Assembly (NCBI GenBank): GCA_964016885.1
Contig: OZ024742.1
Location: forward strand, 225,494,001 to 225,558,000
Reading direction: 5' to 3'
DNA: 64,000 nucleotides
Source of the DNA: Eledone cirrhosa
Taxonomy: Eukaryota
The position numbers were made by a program, and so were the translations under genes. The notes beneath the pieces are model-generated. The model did no database searches, was not told the DNA's origin, and saw nothing but the letters and a program-made list of their open reading frames with translations. Below, one piece after another: positions 25,939-41,344 of the stretch. How positions within the stretch are numbered: the first letter of the stretch is position 1; every line of letters begins with the position of its first letter.

Positions 25939-26150
25939 TTAACATCTTGTAATTATTTAGCAAAAATGATCTAAAGATGATTTTGTTAATTTAAATGGTT
26001 ATAGTATTTTTTATTAGAGGAGAGATCATGAAAATTTAAAGTGAACTAAAGAATTTAATTTTCAATGTGATGCAGTCAGAATGCTGTTTTGTACATTTCA
26101 AAAAAGCCTTTCTAATGCGGTTTCTTGTGGTACAGCATGTTAAAAGTTAA
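25939..26150. mobile_element. MITE family C (other copies ~19590-19960, 29340-29500, 30670-31030)
   Basis: TTAAC...GTTAA ends; shared core tttaatttt.aatgtgatgcagtca..tgctgttttgtac.tttcaa. Confidence 0.6.
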
Positions 26151-29100
26151 ATGTGTAATTTGATATTTCCATAGCTTTTTACCTTTACCTTTCTCATTTC
26201 AAGATAACTAATTGCGTAACTTAATTTGTAAGTAAGTTAAATTGCATAGTGAAATTAATGGGAGTGTTGAGACACCCATTACAAATTAAAACCTATTTGT
26301 AGAAGTGAAAATATTTTATGTCTTTCTTCCATGCTGGCATGAGTTAACTGGATTGTCATGGTCCATGATCAAGCAGGTCAAGGCTCATACATTCCATACT
26401 TTGGCATGGTTTCTATGGCTGGATGTTTTTTTTTTTAATACCAAGCTCCTTACAAGGTACGCTGTGTTTTTTTTTTCAAGCCCTATAGTGTCACTGATCA
26501 CCAACACTGTAGCCTCATGTTTTTCACTAAATTTACTTTTAGTGTTGCCGTGCTTGTATTGTATTATGGCTTATCGCCAGTGAGCTCAGTCCTGTGTTAT
26601 GAGGTCATTCTTTACAACTTTGTTTCATGTCTTCATAGGTCTCTCTCTCTCTCTTTCTTCTACAGGTCTAATCACTTTAGGCACACAGCACCTTTTATAC
26701 ACAATGCAAAATTGTATAAAATAATTTGGTCATGAAAAACCTTTCAAAAAGCTCTATGAAAATTAATATATATTGAATAGTTTCTTAGCAAGCAGCAAAT
26801 TAGCAGTCATTAGAGTATTGGATTAAATGCCTTGGTATTTCTTCAGGCTAACTATGATCAGAGCTCAAATCCCACTGATGTCAACTTTATCTTTTATCCT
26901 TTTGCAGTCAAAGTATCAGTCCATTATTCAAGTCAATTCTATCTCTATCACTCCTCTTGCTCCCCACCTTCTTCCCTGGAAGAAATTAGCTGTGTTCAAA
27001 AGAGAGAAGGCGGGGCTCCACCAGGTTTAAAATGCCCACTACCATTTTACAGTGTACGAGAAGCATTTTATTATGCTACTAGTATTAGACAGGTTACCAT
27101 ATGCTCGGTCAGATTGGAGAATCTTCTCAAACACTAGATTTTAAAATATAAAATCATCATCACAGCTCATAGTGAAAGACAGTTCCTACTTGAAGTTTCT
27201 GTCATCTTAGATGGGTCAGAGGGCCATGTCTTTCCCCTATGTTTCCTTTTGACATGGTTTGGATGTCCTTCCCAACCCAACCACTTTACAGAGAGTATTC
27301 TACCCTATGTTGTCTTTGGCAACAACTTTACAGAGTAAAGTTGGGACAACATGACTTAAGTGTTGGTGCCAAAATAAAATGTACTTGGTACACTCTAAAG
27401 TGGTTTGCATTCAAATGGTACCAATGAGGACTCCCTAGAACTGGTACTATGATAAAATGCACTCAGTATACAATATAAAGTGGCAGACGTTAGGAAGGTC
27501 ATCTACCAGTAGAAACCATAAAACGTGTCAAAAAGGAACATGCTGAGATGTAGATCCCTGGCCTGTCTAGGAAAACAGTAGCTCCAACAAGAAACTACAT
27601 TAACAAGACATTCTTGAAAAGTAAAAGAACAGCATTATGTCTACACAGGCACAGGTATGACCATGTGGTTAAGAGGTTCATTTCAAAACCACATTGGTTT
27701 TGGTCCCACTGCATGGCACCTTGGGCAAATTTGGTAAATTGCGTGGAAGCCCATTGTTCATGTGAGTTTAGGTTTGCTGTTACTACATGTTTCATAACTT
27801 TCATAAGAGATTTATAAAATAAGTACCAGACTTGAAAAAGTAAGTACTGAGGTTGATATGATTGAGTTAAATCTCCTCACGGTATGGTCGCAGTCTAAAA
27901 CCCATAAGGAATAAAATAAAATTAAAGGAAGTAACTCTTTAATGTTAGAGGGGAATAACTCATTGCAGCTTCTGTTGTCCATGGTAACAATTTCAACGAT
28001 CAAAATGCTGTACTTCATCGCATTTTAGTCAATTTTCTAATGGATTTTTTCTTTTAAAAAGTGGCCACAGTAAAGACAATCCATGACAACGAATATGAAC
28101 AATTTAATTAATGAAATTTCACAGTTTGATTAGAAACAATCACCAAGTATTAAAGATCAATACGACATTTTAAGCATTTTATTTAAAAGATATATATACA
28201 CACACACAATCAATATTTACAGTAATTCCATATATACCACACAAAATTCAGTGGAATATTTTACTCACAATTCCCTTTCCACAAGGTGACACTTTACACC
28301 ATAGATATACTAGCTTTAATATAATACATTAATAACTAATAGGAATGTTTTGATTTTGAAGATGTGTTGTGATGTATGATAATATTTGTTAGTAATTGCA
28401 TCTAATAACATTTCTCTTTGCATCATTTTTGTATGCACCTGAATTATGTAATTAATAATTTAGGTTAATAATTTTGTGGAAAGGAAAGTCAATTAAATCA
28501 ACCCCAGTACTTGACTGGTACTCTATCAACCTCAAAAGGATGAAAGGTAAATTTGATGGCTGCAAGATTTGAACTCAAAGAGTAAAGTGCTGTTAAGCAT
28601 TTATTAGATGCTCTAACAAATTTAGATATTTCTTGCTTAATCATTACATGATAGATGCTAAGAGTTAAGGTCAAGAGATTTTGAAGGAATTACAGTAAGC
28701 GCAAGAATTTAAGCTAACAAAGTTTTAAGGCCATTTTGCCTGCTAAAGCTGAGGTTAGCCATGCAGGCCCTGTGACTTGGCTTCTTCAATTTGCCCTTTC
28801 CCCCCTGTATCTGCCCTCATCTTTAGTTATGTCTTTCTTGGTTTTCCCTTTTTACTTCATTTCACATTCATTTCAATCACCCAGTCACTTTCAACACATG
28901 ACCCAACTATCTCATTCCATTTCTCTTAACACTCATCACTGATTCTATCCCACCATCCTCTGCAAGTCATTGTGATACTCCACTCATCCAACAGGCCATT
29001 CTCATTTCCATTCTTTCCAGCCTTCTCTGCTGCTTCATGTTCATGACCCATGTCTCACTTCCCTAAATCATGGCACTTCTTACACATGCAACAAATACCT

Positions 29101-29190
29101 TTCTTCCCCTTCAGTTTCAGCAACATTTGCTTGTACATTAGCTAAATATTAGTTCAAATGATGAAATATTTTACAGTAAACACAACTTAC

Positions 29191-29298
29191 TTCTTCTAAA
29201 GGTGTCATTGATGCACTCTCTCCTCCATAATATTTGTTTCGATCCATGTGAAGCACTCTCTTGCCCACCACAGACAACATACCACTGAGAATACATTC
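29191..29298 (-). CDS. GDI: Rab GDI exon 2
   Basis: tttgcag|[36 protein letters not shown]|gtaag; 108 nt. Confidence 0.96.
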
Positions 29299-32200
29299 CT
29301 GCAAACAAAGAAATAATATAAAGATTCAGAAATTCAAATGGTGGTATTCTTGAAAAGTACAAAACAGTAACATGACTGCATCACATTAAAAATTAAAGCA
29401 AATTTTCAAAGATCTATCATTAGAAAAGATGCTATAAACGTTAGAATTAAAGTTGTGTTTAGATATTTTCTGCCAAATTATTACAGGATGTTGAAAGTTA
29501 ACCTATACACAACACATATGATAGGCTTCTGCAGTTTCTGTCTCCCAAATTTCATATGGCAACCCAAGAATATAGAAGATAACTATCCTATAGTTACCAT
29601 ATTTGTAGTGAAATACACTAAATTGATTAACCTTCAACCATAATTTTATGTAGGAACCTTTAAATTATATTGTAAACACCAGCTTAATAATGAGAAAGTC
29701 ATATTACTAAATCTCTGCAAATTCTTGATTAATTTCAAAATTATAGGCAGTACTTTTCATTAAAAATATGGCAATGAAAGGGTTAAAGTGTTGATATTTA
29801 TCTACAGACCTTCAGTAATAATTTTGATATTAAAAAAAGATTTTTCATTTCACTTTGTTTTTCATGATATGACAACCCTATCATCAAACCCACCAAGAAA
29901 ACTATGTAGGAGGTCAGCTAATCCTACCTAGGTATGAGCTGTAAGAACGATATGATACAACTGGAGTCTAAAACTGAAACAAATTTACTACGAGATGCAA
30001 CCTTATAAGAGGCCAGCTAAACCTAAATGTGTTAATTTCCAGGAATAGATATTAGATCTGGGAAGTTATGACAGGCTATCATCATTGTTTAAGTAGTACT
30101 CTATAGCTGGATGCCCTTCTTGCCACTAACCCTAGTTTTATAAGTATGTCACTTATTCTAATGCTCTTCACGACCAAGCTGTTCAGGTGTGGGACATATG
30201 CAAGACAAAAATGTCATCAGCTATCCAAATTGTATCAATATGTAGATAAAGAAAAGCTCATGTGCACACATGATGGGCTTCCCCAGTTTCTGTCTACCAA
30301 ATTTTGTTCATAAAGCGCTGATCAGTCTTTGAACGTAATAAAAGATATGTCCTAGATGCCATGTAGTAGGATCAAATCTGAAACCATGTTCAAAATCCTC
30401 AACCCCATAGAGATGAGAGCCTTTCATTACCATACTTCTATCAAAATACAAAGCCTATAATTTTCAATTGTAGGGATTTAGTAAAATAACTAAGTTGATG
30501 TTAGAAATAAAATTTTCTTGCTTACTTAATGGAAGGTTTAAATTTAAATACAAAACACTAAGTGTCAGAATGATTAAGGGATTGAATCTTTTTGATACCA
30601 AACTACCCCTTAAGTGTCTTTCATTAAAAATATGGTAGCGAGTTAATCCACTGTCCCAACAACCCTCAAACTCTTAATATTCTGTATCACATGAAAATAC
30701 GCAAGCAAGACATTCTTGAAAAGTACAAAGTAGTACTACAACTGCATCACAAAAATTAAAGTCTTTAGTTTTCTGCATTTCTTCATAACAACATCTACTA
30801 GTAAAGATACTATAATCATTCAAATTAACAAATCACATGAAACTACATTAGTAAGACTTTCTTGAAAAATACAAGTAGCATTATGACTGCATCACATTAA
30901 AAAATAAGCCTTCAGTTTACTGCAAAATGCCACAATGATCTGTCCAATAGTAAAGATACTATAAACATTTGAATAAACAGACCCCATTTTTAAATATTTC
31001 TGTTAAATCATTACAAGATGTTAAGAGTTAAAGGAGTTTAATCAAGTTATAACTATATATTTTCCTCTGTTACATCATAGAAAGCATCTATTGTGAGACA
31101 TCTCATATGTATAAAAATAGAAACCTACCGGTACAGTCTGACATTTACATAATGTGTTATTTGCTATAACATATCTAAGACATTCATCAACTGTTGTATG
31201 TGGTGGCAGTTAAAAATATCGCATTAATATGTAATTATAGTTAGATCAGGTATTTTGAAGGGATCTTAGGTAGTAGCAGTCTGCTGAGGGGGGGGGGGGG
31301 AGCTACTTTTTACTGTTTAGTCAATAAGGGAAGGGCAGTGCCCATGACCCTTTTCAGAGCCTTTGAGACAGGTAAGATGTGAGAGAGAAAGAAGCATCTT
31401 CAAACTAAAGACCTGGTCTGAATGTTTCCAACAAACAGGGCTCTACTAAAGGCAGTGGTGATTTTAAACTGTTCAAGTAGACCACAGTGGGGTTTGAACT
31501 TAGAACTAAATAAGCAAAGCATCTCATCCAACTCTCTAGCAATTTCACTTATTCATCACCATGTACTGGAACTTGTATACATACATGCAAGAAGAACTTT
31601 CACAAACTGAGTAATTACAGGTACAACACCAGTTTTCCAGTAAAGTTCTAGGATATGTACCTGATTAACCATTTTGCCAGACTATATAATTCATTAGCCA
31701 GAAACTCTCTTTATCCTTCAACTATAATATGAAGGCACAAACATTTAATACTAAATCTAGTGTCAGTTGCTAATCTCCTAACATGAATTAACTCTTGATA
31801 CCAAACCATCTGAAATTGTCCTAGATTTTATGATACAAAACAGTTTAATTTAAAGTGTTTATATTTATCTAAACACCTCCCACCATAATTTTATTTAAGA
31901 ACATCTATTAAGTTATGATTCAAACACTAACTTAATGAGAAAGTTATTGCTAAACCCCTCCAAATTCTTTATTTTCAAAATGGTTTGAAATTCAGGTGGC
32001 TGCATATAATTATCTCTGGATACTGGATTACCAGTATTTTATGAGTTAAACACCCTAACCACTAGGCCACATACAGATGTACATGTTTCGCAAGTGAATT
32101 GATCTGAGATTGTGTGTTGAAACTAAAGCAATTACATCATGGCAGAGCCATATTGTGCTCAAACTAAAGCAATTACACCATGGAAGAAACAATTTAGCCA

Positions 32201-32867
32201 TTACAAAAAAAAAAAAAAAAAAAAAAAAATCACACAAAAACTGTTGCATTCAGTTTTCATTTGTTTCTTTGAAGTAGCAAAATGTTTGTTGCACTCTTAT
32301 CAACCCAGCCATTGACAATTCCATAACAATTCAAGTTGCAATAGAATTGTGTGAACAAGTTACAACTTGTGCAATGAAGATTCTGAAATCACGAAAGAAA
32401 TAATGAAAATTGAACACAAAGGTTTTATTTGTTTTTTAAAATTATTCTCCCATGATGCAATAACTTGATTTCTTTTAAACAAAGAAAGAGTTACTAAGTG
32501 TGAACTATAGCATTATACACCATACTACTACTAACATATGCTGTGATCGGTAGGTAGGAAAGAGATTTTGGAAAGAAATGAATACATTAAATATGAGCGA
32601 ACAAATGTAGACTAACAAGAAATAAAGGCAGTACAGATGGTAGAAAACTAAACAAGGTATCAATATCGTTTATGACTAGACAGGTCAAATAACCATGTCT
32701 TGCTCATACATTCTATATTATGGCATGGTTTCTACATAGTTTCTAACACTCACTAAGAGGTTGCCATGTGCTCAGCCAGACTGAAGAGTCCTCCTACCCT
32801 TTGACTGCCAACCACTATATATGCATATGTTTTCATATTGTCACCATTTAAAGTGACATTTGTTTAT

Positions 32868-33234
32868 CACCTTGACCGACCAGTCTGTCGGCGCCATTCG
32901 GCGCCGCTGGTCACAGCACGTACTGTTTTAACCATACGATGACGCCATCCCACTGGCTGGGCGGGCAGGCCATAAGTCTAAAGTCTGTCTTAAGCCAGAA
33001 GGCTCATTTGGCCGGTGCTTATCCCGGTTTCATAGCGTGAAGCGACAGAGTACAAGACTCACCTCTAGACAGTCCATCGCAGGGTTAAACCTCCAACCAT
33101 TGCTGGTACTCATTTTCAGCTAAGTAAACTGGAGCAATGTGAAATAAAGTGTCTTGCTCAAAGAAACAACACATCACCCGGTCCAAGAATTGAACTCACA
33201 ACCTACTGCTCTAACCACTAAGCCATGTGCCTTC
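32868..33234 (-). mobile_element. tRNA-derived SINE with Meta-like central domain, with TSD
   Basis: tRNA head at 33180-33234; gcttatcccggtttcatagcgtgaagcgac...gtccatcgcagggtta segment; TSD acatttgtttat (32856-32867, 33235-33246). Confidence 0.72.
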
Positions 33235-36200
33235 ACATTTGTTTATAACTTGCATAAACAACATCCCACAGCATATTGGTTCAATGAATGTAAGCAATAT
33301 ATGAATGACTGGCCCTTAACTCATATTGGAGTTGTAGCAGATTTCTTCCAAAGAAAGAGATAGAGAAAAATAATCAACCTCAAAGGGATGAAAGGCAAAG
33401 TTAACTTAGATAGGATTAGAATGCAGAGCTGGAGAGAATGCTGCAAAGCATTCTCTCCCATACTTAAAAATAAAGCATGGCATCTGGCATAGAAAAACTA
33501 CCTCAAAAAGTCTTGTTCAACCAGCAAAGTAAAAAACAATATGTAAAACTGTGATACATAGTGAATACCTGAGACTCAGATACCAGGTGGATTATTTTAA
33601 CCGTTAAAAATTGAGCCACATTTGTAGAAATATGTCTAAACCTCTTCACCTGTTTTTGCAGGTGAGAAACAACTCTGCCAGAGTCATCATCATCACTGTT
33701 TTACGTCCATTCTTCCATGCTAGCATGGGTTAGACGAGTTGTCCTGTTGTGGGCAGTGTCTGGTCGTCTGACCATGCCTTGCTCATACAGGAACTGATTT
33801 TGGCTTGATTTCTACAGCTGGATGCCCTTCCTAACACCAACCTCATTTACAGTGAGTGCTGGGTGCTTTTTTTCCATGGCGCCTACACGTCCACTTTACA
33901 GTGTGGGCTGGGTGCTTTTTTGCTGTGGCACCTCCACGACCACTTTGCAGTGGGAGGGTGTGGGGGCATATTGTCTATATGCTTCAGCTTGTACCCATGG
34001 GAAGTCGGGTAATCTGTATTACTGCGTGACGCCAGAGGTCACGGTCGTGTGTCATCGCCTTTGAGAGGTGTAATTGGGTAAGGTTGGCTTTTATCACCTC
34101 ATCCCAGGTCTTCTAATAATTTGAAGGTGAAAAACAGCTAGAATCCTACAAAAGGGTGCCGCTAATAACTTGCAGGTGAGAAAAAGCTAGGACCCTACAA
34201 GAGGATGTCGCTAGTAATTTGCAAAAGCTAACTATACTTTAGAAACTGCTTGCAAGCATCCTTCAAGATTATGTACAGTCACATCTTTGAAGGGGTTACC
34301 CAGCAATTATCCTTCAAGATTATGAAGACACACCTTCAAAGGGGTTACCTAAATAGCAGTAGTTCAATAACTATAAAAGTAGTCATGATTGCTAACAAGT
34401 GACAGCGTGAGGAGAACATAAGACTCACATGCCATACTGATTATAGTACTTGATAGATATAGATTTAGGCATGGTTGCATGACCTGCTAGAAATACCAGC
34501 CAAATCTCACTCAAATCATAACCCAGAATGTTAGCCCTTTCATTACTATATTTTTAATGAAATACACTGAATTTCAATCAATTAAAAGATTTGGAGGGAT
34601 TAACTAAAATTATTAATTATTTCATTATTAAGATGGTATTTTGTAACAACAAAAGCTGATATCAAATTATGTTCAAAGATTTTAATTTAAATGGGAATTA
34701 AAATGGATGATTTTGTTTCATAGAACCAGAAGTGGGTTGGTATCAAAAGGGTTAAATAAGGAGATAATAGTCAATGCAGTCCTAGATATCTAGAACACAG
34801 AAAACAGAAAAGTCTCAACTAACTTGTTTCTAATTACAAATCTGCTTGATCAGGGCTGACCTGGGGTTAAACAACAAATCATACAATAAAGATAATACAA
34901 CAGAAATTTCTTTCCTAATTATTGTATATGAAAAATATTAAAATCTATAACTAAATACATTAAGGAGTGTTATGTACAATACAATGCCTATGACACAATT
35001 TAAAGTTATTAACCTAGTTGAAATATTTTATCACAAACTACCATCCTTCTAAGCATGGAAGTAATGTATTTCATATTTTAAGAGGTTTGATAGTTGTAAA
35101 AACTATACAGAAATAAAACATGTTTTTATAATAGAACCTTACACACAATTATTCAATTACAAAATGATGGGGTTTGAGCGGACTTTTCAGTCTTGCTAAG
35201 CATGTGACAACCTATCTAGTGCTGGTGCACTGGTAAATTGCCATCCAGTTCACTTGGTATTAGGAAGGGCACCCAACCATAGAAACCATGTCAAATATGA
35301 AACCTATGAGCCAAAAAGAGGTAGAACCTCCTTCTAGTGTCTGAAATCACAAACACTCACCAGGTTGACAAAGAGAATCTGAGAAAATAAGCTAATGATA
35401 TGCCCAGTGGTTCCAGTCTACAGAGCCTATGTCCTCAGCACATTGCTTTATAGCAGTGAGATCAGAAGCCCTTGCTCCAGAGAAGAGTAGCATCCCACTA
35501 CCTTTCACCTTTGCAGCCTGAGATGCATCCAAGACATCAAATGGACTGACCAATTTACCAACAATGAGACTATGGCCCATGCTCAAATATTCAACGTCTT
35601 CATTCTACTCCAACAGTAACACACCTATTAACTGGGCCACACACATCAAATGGAAGAATCTCAAAAGACCTAATGTACAGAGTTCTACGATACAAAACTG
35701 CTTATTTTAACCCTTTAGCATTTAAACAGGCCATATCCGTCCAGAATTCTCTCACCTCTTTCTGTTCAAACTGGCCATAACCGGCCACTCATACTGACAT
35801 TAAGGTATTGTTCTTAAAATAAATAAAATCATCAAAGTCTCATGGATTCCATATTATGTGAGATAATGCCTTACCATGAACATATAATAGTAATGTAAAT
35901 GTTAAAGGGTTAAAGAGTTTATATTTATCTGTAAACCTATCACAATATTATGTAAGAACCTTGAAGTTATGTTCCAGACACCAGCTTAATAAAGTTAGTT
36001 GTATTATTAAATCCCTCTAAATTCTTTGTTTTCGAAATTATTTGAAAATCTTAAGCAATCTTTCATTAGAAATATGGTAAAGAAAAGTTAAACCGACAGT
36101 AGACATAGAAAATGTAGTGAGCAGTTGAAATATAAATCACCCTGAAATCTATTTAACCCTTTTCATGCCAAGGCACCTAAACCACTTCTGGTTCTGTGAC

Positions 36201-36474
36201 TCAAAACATGGCCATTTTAAAGTGCTCATATTCGTATGTAAAAGCTTCCATCATAATTTTATGCATCACTTTAATAATATAAAAATGTTAACTATTTTAT
36301 TAAATTCTTCCAAATTCTTGATTATTTTCAAAATTATATAGAGTAAATTTCATAGAAATATGTTAATAAAAAGGTTAAATCTGAACACGTGTCACTATAC
36401 TTTTCATAAAATACTTTCAATTAATTTTGAAAATAATAAACAATTTAGAGAATTTAGTAAAACAACTTTTTCAT

Positions 36475-36677
36475 TAACCCTTTAATGTTCAAACCAGCCA
36501 GAATTCTCTACCTTTTTCTGTTGAAACTGGCTGTAACTGGTCACTCAAACTGATGTTGAAGGTATTGTTCTCAAAATAAATACTTTCAAAATATCAGATT
36601 CAATATTATGCGAGATAAAGCATTTACCATGAAAATACAATAGTATATATAGAGTAATGTGAATGCTAAAGGGTTAA
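36475..36677 (+). mobile_element. piggyBac MITE family B (other copies ~35708-35913, 60565-60778, 62872-63032)
   Basis: TTAACCCTTTA...aatgctaaaGGGTTAA; body matches the 5' ~170 bp of the 12161-13222 element. Confidence 0.78.
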
Positions 36678-39600
36678 AGTGTTGATTGAAACATTATTTA
36701 TCAAAGAAAAAGTTCTTAAAATACCAACCCAATCAAAACTAGCTTTGGTCCTATGAAACAACTGCACATTTTAAAGGGTTCCAATTTAAATTTCCCAACA
36801 AAGAAATAATTTTAGTAAATCCCTCAAAATTCTTTAATAATTGAAACAAAGTATATTTCATTAGAAATACAGCCCTGAAAAGATTAATATACATATGAAT
36901 ACTTTAAAAGAAGCAGTTTTTGTATCTTAAAAATAGGGCTTGTTTATGGCGAGTTGGTAAGAAAGAGGTTAAAACTTGTAAAATGGAGAATGAGAAGAAA
37001 CTGCTGTGTAAGTGTTTAAAGTTGGTAATACAACCATGTTCTATTACTAACTTTAAACACCTCAATGAAAGCAGCAGACGCTACACAAAATAAATATATT
37101 GAACCAATAATGACAATTAATGAAATAATGCTTAAAAATCAAAACCAATCAGTAAACTGGAGAGTGTGCATAAATTAATTAGTGGTTAGGGTGTTGGACT
37201 CATGATGATATAGTCATGGGTTTGATTCCTGGACCAAGTGGTATATGGTCATGGGTTTGATTCCTGGATCAAGTGGTATATTGTCATCATGAGTAAAACA
37301 TTTCATTTTACATCTTCATGATGGATGCCCTTCCTAACACCAACCACTCTACAGAATGTTCTGGGTGCACTTCTAAGTCATACAGTTATGTTTGCACATT
37401 GTATGTCTGGCAGGTTGGTTGAGATGTTTTGAGGCAGTGTTATAAGGCTGGATGCCTTTCCCCCCGAGACCCATCCTTAATTATTTTTAACCAAGGCACT
37501 TATTCTACTGATCATCACCTGTTAACTGCAGAATATATTGTTCAGGTGGGACAAACAAACAGCACTGTTCTTGCCAAATGATTGCAAGAAAGAAATTCAG
37601 CTTAAATAAACCATACACTCTACATTATGTATTGAGTACTGTGTTCATTTGTTAACAGAATTAATGCTTGAATCACACAGCTGTAAGAACCATGCCCCCC
37701 AAATGGGAAGTATTAAAACAGTCTCTATGACAGATCTAGGAGGACAATAGCTCTGATTAAATCCCAATTGTATCAACCCAACCAACACATGCCAGCATGG
37801 AAAAAAAGGCAATTGATAACTTAAATGTAGGTAGGTAGTTACAAATAAGCTATTGTATAAATTTCTACATTATCTTTTTAATGTTATCAGTTATTGTTAT
37901 CTAAATGACTCCATTTCAAAGTGATAAACAACTACCATATGTGCTAATTAGCTCAAAAGTATCATCTATTTAACCTTTTCACTAACATATTTCTAATGAA
38001 AGACACTGCCTATGATTTTCAAATTTTGAAAATAACCAAGAATTTAGAAGGATACAGTAATATGACCTATTAAGCTCGCAGTATCAGGACTGTAACAACA
38101 GATTATGGTTTACTTTGGATTTCCATTGTAAGTTGCTATTGTGGAGACTTTGTCGAGAATGTGCGACTGGTCGCAATGATGTTTATTCAGCTGTTGTTTG
38201 GAACATAGCAAATTTTTTTTTTTACATAAAATTATGATAGAAAGATAAAATTTAAAAACATTTTAAAACAAACAGCAATCACAGAACCAGGGACAGTTTC
38301 AGGTGGTTTGGAATAGAAAGGGTTGTGATAATTCAAAATATACTATCATCATAAGCACCCTCATTTAACATGAGTTCCCACACACCGAGTGCTCAGACAG
38401 GCCAAAGCCCACATCCTGCTTCCATACATTCCAGTGCTCTACTAAGTGCATTTTATTGTGGCACCAGCACCAAGAAGAGTAAAAGCCACTCAAATAAATA
38501 TATAGGGGATATACTGACAATTTTTTTTTAATTTTTACTTTTCAAAAATAATTATAAAAACCAAAAACTACATGCAACATATCTTCCAAACACAGCATCA
38601 AGCTTGAAATATTCAACAAAGAAGCCAAAATAATATATACACAAAATTGGTACAATTTTATGCAAGTATATACAGGTATTTTAACCCTTTCATGAACATA
38701 TTTCTAATGAAAATATACTGCTTAACTGTTTCAATTAATCCTAAAAGGATTTAGTAAAATAATTAAAGTAGGTGTTTTAAATGTATGATAGGTTAATTTA
38801 ATTACAGTGGCCTAGTAGTTAGGGTGTTGGATTCAGGAGTAGAAGGTAGTGGGTTCAATTTCTTGACTGGACAGTGTGCTGTGTTCTTGAGCAAGACACT
38901 TCACTTCATATTGCTTTTCACGACAAGTGGTGTCCCTATCATTAAAACAACCAAGAAACCTTTGGAATGTAACTTTGCAGGTGGCAAGCTAAGCCTACAC
39001 AGGTGTGAGCTGTAACAGCATGATAGAACTGAGGCCCCCTATCATTTTGTACACCCAAGAAACCTATAAGATACAATCTTATAGGAGGTAAGTTAAATTT
39101 GCTTAGGTGTGAGCTGTAAATTTAATTTCAATTTAAAATTATAAGTTTTGTTTGAAAATAAGGTGTGATCTCAGGTGAGTTAAAAGGGTTAAATTCCAAA
39201 GTTGTATTTATGCTGCACCACAAATTATAAACTGTTTTGTTATTAAAAAAAAAAGAAAAAAAGGGAAAACAAAAAAGGTTAATCTATCACATGAGCTGAC
39301 AAATTGTTTAATTATAAGCTTAAATTTTGATTAAAGTCAAAATTAATGCTACTCCAATGTGAGATTAAATACAGACTTTGATATAAGTAAATGATAAGAC
39401 TTTGACTCAAAATATTTTTCTTGTAAATTTCTTCCAAGATTAGGTACACTGTATCAATGAATTGTCAGAGGTGGCTAAAAGAGTTGCTACCAGGAAAGGA
39501 AAAAAAAAAAATGACCGTAAAATGCCTGTGTTGTAGTTGTATATAATACTACATACATTTTAAATATATTAATACCATATGTTCTGGTTTAAAATAGGTA

Positions 39601-41344
39601 CATAGTATCCCTGCATACTGTTAGAGGCAACTAAAAGTGTTGGTAAGAAGAACGTGATCATTTTATGCCCATGGGTCTTCACAGACAGTTTGTACTAAAG
39701 TGGGGGCTACTAACTCTCCAGACAGGCTAAGGGTTCACATATCGCTTACATGCAGTTCCATGTGCTACCAAGTGCAGTTTATAGTGGTACCAGCATTAAG
39801 GAGGTTGTCATGTCTTTGACACAACTGGAAGGTCCTCCCAATTCTTTGTTTGGCAAGTTTCCTATGGCTGGATGCCCTTCCTATCACTAACCACTTTACA
39901 GCTTGTGCTGGGTGTGTTTGTGTAGATCACAACAGAGGCTGTGCCATTGACTCAACTGAAGAGTCTTTTCAACCTTTTAAGGCATGGTTTCTGCAGTAAG
40001 GTACTCTTCCCATTGACAACCACCTTACAGGGTGTATTGGGTATATTTTCATGCCACCAACTAAAGAGCTTTATCTGATCTGTGGGGCTTGAAGGGGAGG
40101 GAGCAATAGGTAAGAAGTTATCGGCAAATGTGATGATTTGGAAAGGAAGGGGTATGGCTGTAAAACATTGCCTCAAAAGGTATCTTGAGTATAAAGCTTG
40201 TCATGGTTATGGGGCCTACAAGTTTTAATCCCTGTATTATCAGGGAAAATGGCAATAAAACACGTGTATTGATGATGCATATAATGCTGTATATTTTAAA
40301 TATATTAATATTAAATTCTTTGTATCTGGTTTAGAATAAGTAGATTGTACCTTTGTGTATTGTAAGAGGTGACTAAAAGGTTTGGTGCCAGAAAGGGTAT
40401 CTGGCTATAAAATATTTCCCTAAGAAAGACTCAATGATGAGCATGAAGTTTATCATGGACCCCCACAAGGTTGAACCTTTTTAGCATGGAAAATAGCCTT
40501 AAAATATTTGGTGTTGTAAAATGCAAGTGTTATACCAAACAAGAATATTTTAAACCATTAAAAAATTTGTTTTTTAGAGGTTGTACAGGTGGACAATACC
40601 AATTTGGGCAATCACCATTTTTTGCCAGCCTTTCCAAGCTGGCATGGGTTGGACATGATTTTTTTTATAGCAATATTACATGGCCAAAAGCCCTTCCCGA
40701 CCAACACTTCCTATCACTAAAACACCTAAAAAAATTTCTAGGAGATGGAACCCCACAAAAGGTCAGCTAAACCTACATGGTATGAGCAGCAACTACAAAC
40801 ACTGTTTCACTCTGCAACACACAAAACCCATATATAACAACTCAAGCTGTCTTAGATGTCAAGTGTGGAAACTTCTTCAGTCAACAGGACTACTGGTCTT
40901 GACATTGTCTTTGTTATCACTCTCCTGCAGTGTGTTAATACAGCTCTCACCTATGTAGTATCTTAGATTTTTCAAGCATTTTAATGATAGGGACCCTATC
41001 ATTACAGTTCTATATATATTGAGATGGCCTCCTATGAGGTTGGATCTCATAGGAAATTTCTCAAGTGGTTTAATGATGGGGGAACTGTCCTATTATGGAG
41101 AGCAATGTGAAATGAAGCACCTTGCTCAAGAAAACAATGCACCACTCAATCCAGGAAGCTTATTGTGAGCCTGACTCTCCAGCTTCTAAGCTAGCTCTCA
41201 TAATTTCAACTTCTAATGAAGACCTAATTTAGACTAATGGAAACTACTAATGGTGTATCCTATTTCCTAATGGTGAACTATCTGATCCTACCAACTGCAG
41301 CTTCAGTTCTATAATCTTGAATGACTAACTTTATCACTCTCCAA

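Noticed and set aside
32118-37285. Short tandem duplications (~32120-32183, 34120-34220, 34255-34350, 37205-37280)
   Set aside because: Ordinary local slippage duplications with no further signal
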